Assembly: GCA_963755915.1 (NCBI GenBank)
Contig: CAVWLP010000002.1
Coordinates: 3,424,001-3,488,000 of the forward strand
Origin: an uncultured Phycisphaerales bacterium
Lineage (GTDB): Bacteria; Planctomycetota; Phycisphaerae; Tepidisphaerales; Tepidisphaeraceae
Direction of reading: 5' to 3'
DNA length: 64,000 nt
A program made the translations under genes and the position numbers. Below the pieces are notes generated by a model. The model was not told the DNA's origin. It made no database searches and saw only the letters and a program-made list of their open reading frames with translations. Positions 1 to 9,697 of this stretch are shown piece by piece (within the stretch, counting starts at the first letter, position 1; each line of letters opens with the position of its first letter).

Positions 1-395
1 CTTGTCATTTTTCGGCCCTTGGCAGCGCCTGCTTCTATGAGGGTCCAAGGGCCGTGACAGATGGCCGCGATGGGTTTGCCGGCGTCGACGAAGGCCTTTA
101 CGAAGCGGACGGCCTGAGGAAGCATGCGCAGGCGATCGGGATTGGCGACGCCGCCGGGGAGGAGCAGGGCGTCATAGACCTCCACATTGACTTCTGCGAG
201 GGGGACATCGACGTCGAATTTGTCGCCGGGCTCATCGTGGTTGAACCCCTGAACCTGCTCGTTTTCGGGGGAGATCAGGTCGGTTTCGGCTCCAGCCTGC
301 TGCAGGGCCTCGCGGGGTTTGGTCAATTCCACTTCTTCGAAACCGTTGGCCACGAGAATTGCGATGGTTTTCCCTTTGAGCTGATTTGACGCCAT
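1..395 (-). CDS. PfpI/DJ-1 (YhbO-like) type 1 glutamine amidotransferase-domain protein, 3' end runs off the window
   Basis: Not in the ORF track. Manual translation: MASNQLKGKTIAILVANGFEEVEL...YDALLLPGGVANPDRLR...KPIAAICHGPWTL. GGAGG RBS at 401-405 on the minus strand. Confidence 0.9.
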   Translation of the reverse strand, partial: MASNQLKGKTIAILVANGFEEVELTKPREALQQAGAETDLISPENEQVQGFNHDEPGDKFDVDVPLAEVNVEVYDALLLPGGVANPDRLRMLPQAVRFVKAFVDAGKPIAAICHGPWTLIEAGAAKGRKMT

Positions 396-697
396 ATCGG
401 CCTCCAAGGTTAAGAACTGTTGGCGCGACGGGGCAGATTGGGTGCCAAGCGAGATAGTTCCCCAGAATTCCCCAAATTTCCCCACTTTTTGCGGAGAGGG
501 GATTTGAAGTTTGAGATTTCAGATCACTGGACCTACCCATTTTCCGTTGGCGCCGGATCTTGGGACACTTGTGTGACGGCGTAATACGAGCAGTAGTGGG
601 TTTCGGAACTGGGAAGGGGAATGGGTGTCCTCGAATGTCCCGTTTTTTCCCGATTTGAGGGATTTGTTTTCCTGGGGGGGTCTGCGTGCCGAGTACA

Positions 698-719
698 CCT
701 GCCGACTGAAGTCGGCAGG
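698..719. repeat. REP-like palindrome CCTGCCGACT-GA-AGTCGGCAGG
   Basis: Perfect 10-bp inverted repeat in intergenic DNA. Confidence 0.6.
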
Positions 720-1013
720 CCGGGTGAGAGGCGTTGTGGAAAAAGTGTGTGCATCTACATATAGGTCCAAAGGGTGTACGTTTTGTACCTATTTTTGAAA
801 AATCGGGGAATTTTTTTCATGAGATTGGTGGGAATGCAAAGAATCTGAAAAGGGTCAGAGGGAGTTTGGGGAAGGGGAGTATTTTCGGTTGAGGCTTGGG
901 TGACGAGGGGGAGGCGGTTACTCGAATGTAAGAGGCGGTTCCGCCGCGGGAGCACATGGCCGGCCTGGTGACGTTCGGTGCAGCCTTGGGGTGTTGGGCT
1001 TATGATGGAGGGG

Positions 1014-1928
1014 ATGGCGCAATCGCCTGTGCTGTATCTCGGCCTGGACATTGGCGGGACGAAATCAGCTGCGCTGGTGGGGGACTCTGCCGGAAACACT
1101 GTGGCGCGATCGGGTTTTGCGTCGCGGGCCGATCGTGGGCCTGGGGAGATGATTGAAGAGATCGTGGCTCATTCGCAAACGCTTTTGAGGGGGCACCCTG
1201 GGGTAAGGGGAATCGGCGTATCGATTGGGGGGCCACTGAACTCTGAAACGGGGGTGATTCTTTCGCCGCCTAACTTGCCTGGGTGGGACAATATTCCTCT
1301 TAAGCAGATTCTTGAAGAGCGGCTGAAACTGCCGGCGCGGGTGGAGCATGATGCGGCGGCTTGCTGCCTGGCGGAATATTTTTGGGGGGCGGGGCGCGGT
1401 TGCTCGCGGTTGCTGTACCTTACCTGTGGGACGGGGTTTGGAGTGGGGATAGTGTTTGATGGCAAAATCTATCACGGGGTAAACGGGCTGTCGCCGGAGA
1501 TTGGGCATACTCGGTTGCGCGATGATGGGCCGGAGGCGTTTGGAAAGATTGGGAGCGTGGAGGCGTTTTGTGCGGGGGCTTCGCTGGGGAAACTGGCGCG
1601 CTGGAAGTTTCCGGGGAGGTGGGCGGAGCCGCCGGGTGGGGAGAAGCTTGCGGAGCTTTGGCGCGCGGGGGATTCTGAGGCGAGGGAAATTATTGAACTG
1701 AATGGGAGATCCGTGGGGCAGGTGTGTGCGAACCTTGCAGATCTGGTGCGGCCTGAGGCAATTCTCCTGGGGTCTCTGGCGATTCATCTGGGGGATCGGT
1801 GGGTTGAAATTGTTCGACGGAGATTTCGGGAAGAGGCGCTCGATGCGGGGAGTTGCCGTGTCGAACCGGCGGGATTGGGGGCACGACTTCAGGACTGTTC
1901 GGCGCTGGCGGTGGGGGTTTCTGGGTAG
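1014..1928 (+). CDS. ROK family sugar kinase
   Basis: Motifs LGLDIGGTK, GIGVSIGGP, EHDAAACCLAE, GTGFGVGIV, EIGH. The start is uncertain between 978, 1002 and 1014. Confidence 0.9.
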   Translation: MAQSPVLYLGLDIGGTKSAALVGDSAGNTVARSGFASRADRGPGEMIEEIVAHSQTLLRGHPGVRGIGVSIGGPLNSETGVILSPPNLPGWDNIPLKQILEERLKLPARVEHDAAACCLAEYFWGAGRGCSRLLYLTCGTGFGVGIVFDGKIYHGVNGLSPEIGHTRLRDDGPEAFGKIGSVEAFCAGASLGKLARWKFPGRWAEPPGGEKLAELWRAGDSEAREIIELNGRSVGQVCANLADLVRPEAILLGSLAIHLGDRWVEIVRRRFREEALDAGSCRVEPAGLGARLQDCSALAVGVSG

Positions 1929-1956
1929 CGGAATACTATTTTTCGACGAGGGAAAA

Positions 1957-1985
1957 GCGCACCCCTGCGGGGCTGCGGCTAAACG
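1957..1985. repeat. Dispersed intergenic repeat GCGCnCCCCTGCGGG..GCGGCTAAACG, copy 1
   Basis: Near-identical copy at 63436-63463. This copy lies between convergent genes. Confidence 0.7.
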
Positions 1986-1994
1986 GGAGGGGAT

Positions 1995-3877
1995 CTATCC
2001 CTTCAGAACTTGTCCCTGGACCAGGTCCTTGAACATTCCGGGCTGGGCTACGAGCTGGTCGTAGATTCCGTCCTGGATGATGCGGCCGCCATCGATGACC
2101 AGGATGCGATCGCAATTTTTTACGGTCGCGAGGCGGTGGGCGATGATCAGGGAGGTCTTGCCGGAGACGGCATTTTCCATGGCTTGCTGGACGAGGCCTT
2201 CGCTCATGGTGTCGAGGGCGCTGGTGGCTTCGTCGAAGATGAAGAAGTCGGGCTCGGCGAGGAGGGCGCGGGCGATGGCGAGGCGTTGGCGTTGGCCGCC
2301 AGAGAGGGTGGAGCCGCCTTCGCCTACGGGTGTGTCCAGGCCCTCGGGGAGGGCGGAAATATATTCCCAGATGTTGGCCAGCTGGCAGGGCGCTGAAGCT
2401 GGGCGTCGGTGGCGTTGGGGTTGGAGACGCAGAGGTTGTTGCGGATGCTGGTGCGGAAGATGAAGGGGTCCTGGGGGACAACGCCGAAGTGATGGCGCAG
2501 GTCGTGGCCCTGGCAGTGGCGGATGTTCAGGCCGCCGATGAGGATGGCGCCTTGCTCGGAATCGTAGAGGCGAAGGAGGAGCTGGGTGATGGTGCTCTTG
2601 CCGGCGCCGGAGGGGCCGACGAGGGCGACGCGCTGGCCGTAGGGAATGGTGAGGTTGACGTCTTTGAGGACGGGACGGTCGGGTTCGTAGCCGAAGGTTA
2701 CGTTATAGAAGATGATCGGGCCTTTGGCGGGGGCGGAGGCTTCGTAGCCTATGGGTTCGGGGGTGGTGCTGGCGGTTTTGAGGACGGCGGCGATGCGTTC
2801 GACGCCGGCCTGGGCGGCGGCTTTGAAGGTGGCCATCTGGAACAGGACGGTCAGCGATGCCTGGAGGGATGCGAAGGCGGCGAGATAGGCCTGGATCTGG
2901 CCGATGGTGACCTGCTGGGCGGGGGGCTTGTGCTGGCGGTCGTAGAAATATCTCCAGGCCAGGACGGCGCAGAGGAGGGCGAAGCAGAAATAGCCGAGGG
3001 TTTCCTGCTTCATCCATTCGACGTGGGATTTGACGTCGCGGCGGTAGCTCATCCTGCCGATTTCCCAGACGCGGTTGTCGAAATCGGCGGCGACCTGGTC
3101 TTCCATGGCGTAGAGCTTCACGTCGCGCGAACCGCGCAGAACATCGGCGACGTATCCGGTGACGGTGGTTTCTGTCTTCTGATAGTCGCTGTGATATTTC
3201 TGGATTTTCAGGCGGGTGCGGTGCATGAGCCAGGCGGTGCTCACCACTGTTATCATCAAAACGGCCGTGAGCATGCGGTCCCAGATGCCGACCCAGATGA
3301 CCGTGCTCAGGACGATAAAGAGGGCGCCGGGCGCGCCGAAAGTGAACTGCTGAAAATAATTTTGAATCTGGAGGAGAGGGCTGCCAAACATGTAGCTGAA
3401 AAGCTCGCCGCTGTGGTGCTGGCGATGAAAGCGGAGGCAGAGGTGATTGACGTGGCGAAAGAATTGGGCGCGGAGATCAAAGAGCACGCGCTCGCGGACG
3501 TAGGTGAAAACGCGATAGCCGATGTGCCAGACGAGCATTCGGCCGATGATCGAGACGAGGAGCCAGATGATGACCAGGATTCCCAGGCGCTTCCAGCGCT
3601 GCTGCATGGTGAGGCCGGTGGCGAGGATGACCTGGTCGATGAGATATTTGGGGGCGAAGGTTTGGGCGGCGAAGGAGATGCCGTGGAGGGCATTGAGGGC
3701 TAACGCGATGAAGACTAGCGAGCGATATTTTCCGATGGAGGGCCAGAGGAATCGCCAGAAGGAGACCTTTTCCGGGGCACCGCCGGGGAGTATGTTTTCC
3801 GTCGGCGGAGCCTGCTCGCCCTTGGCGCCGCGGCGCGAATCTTTTTCAGCGACATCCGTGTCTGTTAACCCACGCAT
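1995..3877 (-). CDS. ABC exporter, fused permease and ATP-binding domains (frameshifted near 2330-2400)
   Basis: TM domain, Walker A GPSGAGKST, VVPQDPFIF, and C-terminal SLIIAHRLATVKNCDRILVID in a second frame. Confidence 0.9.
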
Positions 3878-3961
3878 CGATATTTATTATCGGATAATCG
3901 AATGTCTAACGCTATCCATTGGCGATTGACTCCCCGGCGGGGCCTTGGCAACATCTCAGCA

Positions 3962-5110
3962 ATGGAATTTGAATCAAAAAGGGGATATTTGCATTGCGCC
4001 ATCATCCTGGGATTCGTGGCAGCGGTGGCGATTTGCTGGGCCGGACCCTGCCACGGGGCTGATGTGCCGAGCACGCGGCCTGGCGGGGCGGCGCGGACCG
4101 GGGATTTTGATTTGACGTTTGCGCAGCGCAGCCCGCTGAGCTCGCGCGAGGAGCTTTCCAAACGCTTCAATTTCCAGCTTGCCGACATGGGGGACGATTA
4201 CGATCTGTCGAAATGCGTGTTCAAGACGTACGTTCCGACGAACTATGATTCATCCGTCCCCGTGGGTATCTTCGTTTATCTCGGATACAAGGGATCGGTT
4301 GCTACGCCGCCTTTGTGGCATGCGGTGCTGGATAAATATCATCTGATCTTTATTTCGCCGGCCTGGCACAGCGGAACGATGTATCCGCCGTCGGTTCCGC
4401 TTTGGGAGTCCGCGGGCCTGGCGCTCGATGCAGTTGATAACCTTAAGAAGCAATATTCCATTGACGGGAAACGTGTGTACCTGATGGCCTGGAACGAGGG
4501 GGCCACGAAGCAGGCGTTCGCCACCTCGGATGTTTTTACGGGATACGTGCTGGTCTTCGATCAACAGTGGTGGCAGCGAATCTGGATATCGAATGTGCAA
4601 TACTATAATCCCAGCTTTTCGCTGGGTTCAGCCCATCTCTACGAGGTTGCCAAGTCTCATCCGTTTGTCTTCCTCGACGACAAGTCCGACGAAAGCAAAA
4701 AGGAGCTGGGATACAAGCGAACGGCGATGGCTCGCGAGGATTTCGATTATGTGACCGAAATCGGGTGTTCGTTGTTGGGTGATTTGCACTATCCGATGCT
4801 GAGCACGGATTGGTTTGAGCAGGCGCTTGGGTATCTGGACAAAAATTCCAGCTCGACTGGCGCTGCGATGGCGTCGTCGGTTGCAGCGGCGGCCACATCT
4901 GATTCTGCGGCAACTGGGCCGTCTGCGGCGACGGTGCCTTCGGCGGGGCCTAGCCGGGCGGAGTCGCTGTTGTCGGTGGCCAAGCTTTTGATCGCCAACG
5001 GGCAGACGGATTTGGCGCGGGCCAAGCTGCAGGAAATCATCCGGGGATATCCGACGGATCCTGCGGCTGGGGAGGCGAAGAAACTACTGGATCAGATGGG
5101 GGCTCAGTAG
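3962..5110 (+). CDS. Secreted protein, alpha/beta-hydrolase-like core plus Ala/Ser linker and C-terminal TPR-like helix pair
   Basis: Signal peptide, YVPTNYD..P.GIFVY, IDGKRVYL, and ARAKLQEIIRGYPTDPAAGEA. Confidence 0.6.
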   Translation: MEFESKRGYLHCAIILGFVAAVAICWAGPCHGADVPSTRPGGAARTGDFDLTFAQRSPLSSREELSKRFNFQLADMGDDYDLSKCVFKTYVPTNYDSSVPVGIFVYLGYKGSVATPPLWHAVLDKYHLIFISPAWHSGTMYPPSVPLWESAGLALDAVDNLKKQYSIDGKRVYLMAWNEGATKQAFATSDVFTGYVLVFDQQWWQRIWISNVQYYNPSFSLGSAHLYEVAKSHPFVFLDDKSDESKKELGYKRTAMAREDFDYVTEIGCSLLGDLHYPMLSTDWFEQALGYLDKNSSSTGAAMASSVAAAATSDSAATGPSAATVPSAGPSRAESLLSVAKLLIANGQTDLARAKLQEIIRGYPTDPAAGEAKKLLDQMGAQ

Positions 5111-5116
5111 CGCGGG

Positions 5117-5803
5117 TTATTGATCGTTGTGGACGACCATGGCGGTGGGCTTGATGAAGATGAGGCCCATGCCAAGGAAGTGTTCGTCTTTGCTGAGGCG
5201 GCCGCGGATTCCGATGATGGGGGTTCCGTCGCCGTCGAGTTGGGAGAGGTTGTTTGCGTCCATGCCGATGGTGGGGGTGACGCAGCGGTCGGTGGGATCG
5301 AGGCGAGTTCCGTTGAAGCGCATGAAGGTGATTTTGATGGAGTCCAGGCCACCGCCTCCGCCGATGCTGACGGCGCCGACGGCGTAGCCGGGAGGGGCCA
5401 AGGCGGTGACGGTGTGATAGACCTGGTCTTCGTCGCCGAAGCCGCGGCCCAATTTTGCACCGCGCGGGGTGAGGTAGATGGGGTCGACGCGTTTGATGAC
5501 GTCGTTGTTGAAGAAGGTGTCGATGCCGAGGCGCAAGCCTATGAGGACACCGTTGGGGCAGTACGAATCGGCGCCTTCGACGGTGAACGCGCCGCCCTTG
5601 ATCTCGCTATCCTGGAAGAGCTGGTGTGCGACTGAATTTCTGACGTCGGCGGCGATTTTGGGGTCGAGGGTTGGGCCAGAGGTTTGGGTATTCGCGGAGA
5701 CGGACGGTTGAGTTGCGGGGGGTGTTCCATCGGCCACTGCGCGGGGCAGGGCTGCGGCGAAACAGAGTGAGAGCGCTCCCAGGGCCAATTTATACGTATT
5801 CAT
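5117..5803 (-). CDS. Secreted hypothetical protein (beta-rich, possibly jacalin-like fold)
   Basis: Signal peptide, ATQP linker, and repeated G.LIG/GYAVGAV/PIIGIRG beta motifs. Confidence 0.55.
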   Translation of the reverse strand: MNTYKLALGALSLCFAAALPRAVADGTPPATQPSVSANTQTSGPTLDPKIAADVRNSVAHQLFQDSEIKGGAFTVEGADSYCPNGVLIGLRLGIDTFFNNDVIKRVDPIYLTPRGAKLGRGFGDEDQVYHTVTALAPPGYAVGAVSIGGGGGLDSIKITFMRFNGTRLDPTDRCVTPTIGMDANNLSQLDGDGTPIIGIRGRLSKDEHFLGMGLIFIKPTAMVVHNDQ

Positions 5804-5889
5804 ATGGGGAGATTATCGGCCGGAATTGAGGCGTGGTTTATTGCTAGCGGAGGTCCGCCGGTGGGGACACCGGCGGCACTTGGGGATGT

Positions 5890-6060
5890 TTATCTGGCGG
5901 GGTGGCGGAGGGGGTAGACGGTCCAGAAATACATGAGCAGGAGGAGGGCGATCCAGATTGCAAAAATGATGCACAGTATTCGAAAGAGGAGGGGGTGGGG
6001 TTTCAACTGCCTTGCGGGGGGCGGGTTTGTCGCTTGCTCTTCTTTGGACCGGCTGCTCAG
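5890..6060 (-). CDS. Small single-TM membrane protein (start uncertain)
   Basis: C-terminal part of ORF 5890..6285: LKPHPLLFRILCIIFAIWIALLLLMYFWTVYP. Confidence 0.5.
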   Translation of the reverse strand: MSSRSKEEQATNPPPARQLKPHPLLFRILCIIFAIWIALLLLMYFWTVYPLRHPAR

Positions 6061-6464
6061 GATTTCACCGGAATGTGGTACCCGGACTCGAAGGCTTTTG
6101 CGAAATCGTAGACGTTGCGGAAATCTTCGATGGTGTCCTGGGGCGTGGTGGCCATGGCTTTGTGGCGGGCGAGGCTGAATACGATTCTGCCGAAATCGAG
6201 GGTGGAGGTGATGTTCCAGCGTTGCAGGACGAGTTGGGCGAGAAAGCCCCATTGGCGGGTGGCGAGCTCGCGGAGGCCCTGGCAAAGCTGCTGGCCGGTG
6301 ACGTGCTTTTGGACTCCGGGTTTTGTACCGGATCCGTAGACGCGGCTGACGGTGTAGGCCAACCCCTGTTGAACGAATTCGTAAGCAGGGACGGGATAGA
6401 CCCCCAAATCCTCGGCCACAACTTCCAGCATTGCCGGAGGCTCGATCTTCCCTGTGGGCGGCAT
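6057..6464 (-). CDS. Verrucomicrobia/Planctomycetes-restricted protein (Minf_1886/TIGR04138-like)
   Basis: YPVPAYEFVQQGL, HVTGQQLCQGLRELA..QWG.LA..VL.RWNITSTLDFGRIVF, DTIEDFRNVYDF. Confidence 0.8.
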   Translation of the reverse strand: MPPTGKIEPPAMLEVVAEDLGVYPVPAYEFVQQGLAYTVSRVYGSGTKPGVQKHVTGQQLCQGLRELATRQWGFLAQLVLQRWNITSTLDFGRIVFSLARHKAMATTPQDTIEDFRNVYDFAKAFESGYHIPVKS

Positions 6465-6637
6465 AGAGGCTGAATTTAACATGAAGTATTCAAATCGCAA
6501 ATGCCCATCATCGGGTTACACATTTTTATTTGCTAGCGGAGGTTCCCCCGATAACCGCGCATGGTTGTTGCGTTAATGCTAAAAAAAACGCGGCACCGTA
6601 TTGCAGAAATTAATATGTGTTCTGTTATTATGGACCT

Positions 6638-8395
6638 ATGCTCCATCGACATCTTTTGTGTGCTGGTGTTTCGCTGTTGTCGCTGATTTGGGCAATTGCG
6701 GGGTGTGACACGCCGCCGGCGCCTGTGTTTGATCCCCGGATGATCCAGCAAACCGAACGCGACAGCGCTACGGATATTCCCATGGAGATTCTGCGGCCGC
6801 TGCCGACGACTCGGCAGGGGGCTTATACCGATATTGGTCCTGATGGCCAGACGCGGGAGGACGGCCGTCCGTATCGTCCGGACACGGGGCCTTCGCTTTC
6901 GGGCGAATTGTCGGTGCGCATGTCATTGCAGGAAATTATTCACCGCGCGGTGATGAACAACCACGACGTGAAGGTGGCGGCGTATCAGCCGGCGATTGAA
7001 GGGGCACGGGTGATTGAAGCGGCGGCGAATTTCGATCCGGTGTTTTTTGCCAACGGGCAATATCAGCAGAAGCACGAGATCAATGGGGGTGAATTCATCA
7101 ACAGCTTCAACGGCGGGGAGCCGGTGATCACCAACTTGTCCGATGCCGAACTGGGGCAGGTGCAGATGGGGGTGCAGCAGAACCTGGCCAGCGGCGGGCA
7201 GATTCAGTTGCAATATCAGACAACCTATAACTGGTTCAATCCGCAGCAGACGGAGTCGAATCCGTATTGGCAGAACAATCTGTCGCTGTCGTTGACCCAG
7301 CCGCTGCTGCGGAATTTTGGGTACGACGTGAATCAGGCGCAGATCGTGATCAATCAGCTCAACCAGAAGGTGAGCCGGCTGGAATTCCGCAAGGCAGTAG
7401 AGACGAACGTGGCCAATATCGAAAAGGCCTACTGGCAGTTGGTGCAGGCGTATCGGGACATCGCGATCCAGGAGCAGCTCATCGACCAAACCGAGAAGAC
7501 GTACAACGTGCTTTACAACCGGATGCTCAACCTGGACGTGAGCCCGCTGCAAACTTCGCAGGCGCAGACGCAGCTTGAGTTGAGGCGGTCGCAGCTCATT
7601 CAATTTAAGTCGCAGGCGCGGGATTTGTCGTATCAGCTCAAGGGGCTGATGAGCGATCCGGAGTTTCCGGTGACCAGTTCGGTGCAGATCGTACCGGCGG
7701 ATGCGCCGGTGGATGAGCAGATTCAGTTCGACTTGCAGGACCAGGTCAATACGGCGATGGAAAATCGTTTCGAGCTGGGCGAGCAGCAGCTCAAGATTGA
7801 CGAGGCGGCGGTTACACTGGTGGTCGCCAAGAACAATCTTCTGCCGGAGCTGGATTTCATTGCGTCGGGAGGTCCGGAAGGGGCGGACAGCGATGTGGGC
7901 GTGGCGACGGTGGACAGCCTGAACTTCAACCACACGGATTTCAGCGTTGGATTCAAATTCCAGCTTCCGATCGGTAATCGGGCCGCCCGGGCGATCTATC
8001 AGCGCTCCCTATACCAGCACATGCAGGCGATCGAGCAATATAGCTCGTTCATCGAAACCATTTCCGTGGACGTGACGACGGGGCTCAACGCGGTGAACAC
8101 GGATTGGGACGTGGTGCGGTCGAGCCGGCGGGCGCGGTTTGCGGCGGAGGATGCGCTGGACCGGATTAACAAGCGGGAGGCGAATGGCGAGCCGCTTACG
8201 CCGGAGTTCGTGCAGTTGAAGTTGCAGATTCAGGATTCACTGGCGGAAGCGTATCAAAACGAGGCGGAGGCGATCGCGAATTACAATATTGCGCTTTCGC
8301 AATTGGAGTTCGTGAAGGGGACGATCCTGCGGTATGACAATGTTGTGCTGCAGGAGGATCCGCTGGAGACGCAGCGGAGGAATATTTTTCACTGA
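6638..8395 (+). CDS. TolC family outer-membrane efflux lipoprotein
   Basis: Lipobox AIAGC, two OEP repeats (LSLTQPLLRNFG, NVEKAYWQL-like, NNLLPELD, FQLPIGNRAARA). Confidence 0.88.
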   Translation: MLHRHLLCAGVSLLSLIWAIAGCDTPPAPVFDPRMIQQTERDSATDIPMEILRPLPTTRQGAYTDIGPDGQTREDGRPYRPDTGPSLSGELSVRMSLQEIIHRAVMNNHDVKVAAYQPAIEGARVIEAAANFDPVFFANGQYQQKHEINGGEFINSFNGGEPVITNLSDAELGQVQMGVQQNLASGGQIQLQYQTTYNWFNPQQTESNPYWQNNLSLSLTQPLLRNFGYDVNQAQIVINQLNQKVSRLEFRKAVETNVANIEKAYWQLVQAYRDIAIQEQLIDQTEKTYNVLYNRMLNLDVSPLQTSQAQTQLELRRSQLIQFKSQARDLSYQLKGLMSDPEFPVTSSVQIVPADAPVDEQIQFDLQDQVNTAMENRFELGEQQLKIDEAAVTLVVAKNNLLPELDFIASGGPEGADSDVGVATVDSLNFNHTDFSVGFKFQLPIGNRAARAIYQRSLYQHMQAIEQYSSFIETISVDVTTGLNAVNTDWDVVRSSRRARFAAEDALDRINKREANGEPLTPEFVQLKLQIQDSLAEAYQNEAEAIANYNIALSQLEFVKGTILRYDNVVLQEDPLETQRRNIFH

Positions 8396-8527
8396 TTGAG
8401 ACGGGCGTCGGGCAGATTTTGCCATCTTTCCCATTGTGAAAACAGCGGACGGATCGCGCGCTCTGTTCATTCCTTAACCCAGATTCGCACAAAGAGCGGT
8501 GGCGACTTATACTGGCTCTGGCTACGG

Positions 8528-8914
8528 ATGGAAGCGTCCGTATGTACATCCGGCGCTTTTGGGAAACATGGGCAATTCTTCAAAATATGTCGTTTATACC
8601 GGGTTCCCAACACGCAAACTCGTCCACACCGGCCAAATACGGTCCATATTTATAGAAGCGATACCCCCCAGGTAGTGCAGCAAATAGTACAATCTCGAAA
8701 AATCCTCGGAACGGTGCCACGGAACATTTTCAATAGCCATATTCCAAAGGTGAAAGCCAGAGACGGTAAGTTGCCGACAATAACGAATGGGGTGGAATTC
8801 TGGACCGACGTTCAGCCGGACTCTGGCGGCCGACCGGGTTTCCCTACCTGGTCGGGATTGCCTTACACGAACTGGCATGCGATAGACGTTGTTATCACCC
8901 AGACGCGGCCATAG
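8528..8914 (+). CDS. Small protein resembling an orphan polymorphic-toxin C-terminal domain (start uncertain)
   Basis: G..PRNIF.S.IPKVKA.DG.LP....GVEF.TDV.PD.G..PG.PTWSG resembles RHS-type C-terminal tips (recognised from memory, not searched). Lower GC than the flanks. Confidence 0.45.
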   Translation: MEASVCTSGAFGKHGQFFKICRLYRVPNTQTRPHRPNTVHIYRSDTPQVVQQIVQSRKILGTVPRNIFNSHIPKVKARDGKLPTITNGVEFWTDVQPDSGGRPGFPTWSGLPYTNWHAIDVVITQTRP

Positions 8915-8935
8915 AATAAAGAGGCGTAGGATAGC

Positions 8936-9661
8936 ATGAAGTGGCTGAATCCCAGTGAAGCAGAAAGAGCCATTCGTACCCACGAAGGTGAACCGCAGAC
9001 TTTCGTCTTTTACTGTGATCGCGGCGATCTAAAGCGAAAACTGGAAGTGGAACCGCGCATTGTATCGACGGATGAAGAAGTTGCATCTGCAGTGTATGAA
9101 TGGACTGGATTCATAGGCGATCGCCCTGTAGTCGTGCAGCAAGAGCTGGATCAAAATTACGGTCTGAAACATTCGGTGACGGTGCTAACCCCATTCGTCG
9201 ATGCCGAGCGTCGATTGGAAGAATGGACGGCTATTGTAGAACTACAGGAACTACCCCTGCCTATTCGCCCTTCGCGACCGCTTTACATTCAAAGCCACGC
9301 GGATTCAAGCGATCACATCGTTTACCGGCCTGACGACAAGGGCTGGAGTGACATGATCTACAGAGCCGCGTCTGAACCCGAGGCGCGTCGTCTGCTGGAG
9401 TATTTGCTTGACAGCGATCCGTGGAACAAAAACTGTTTTGTCTCGAATAGTGAATTGCCGGGCGAATGGACAATCGTGCATAACGGGGAAAAAAATGGTC
9501 GAATTGTCGGGGTGTATCCAGATGCCGATTCGGCGGTGCGCGTTGCGCTACGGCTCTCCGAGCAGTCATTGGATGACGTATTGATTGTCAAGAACCGGCT
9601 CGCAGAGATAAAATCTGCGAAGTATCGAATTGCCTGCGGCCGGGTTGAAAGAGCCTCCTGA
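8936..9661 (+). CDS. Hypothetical protein, candidate immunity or partner protein
   Basis: 241-aa acidic ORF 21 bp downstream of the previous ORF, same lower-GC islet, AGGA RBS. Confidence 0.6.
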   Translation: MKWLNPSEAERAIRTHEGEPQTFVFYCDRGDLKRKLEVEPRIVSTDEEVASAVYEWTGFIGDRPVVVQQELDQNYGLKHSVTVLTPFVDAERRLEEWTAIVELQELPLPIRPSRPLYIQSHADSSDHIVYRPDDKGWSDMIYRAASEPEARRLLEYLLDSDPWNKNCFVSNSELPGEWTIVHNGEKNGRIVGVYPDADSAVRVALRLSEQSLDDVLIVKNRLAEIKSAKYRIACGRVERAS

Positions 9662-9697
9662 AAGAAGTATTGCGGGGAAAACTGAAAGTGTGGGGGC

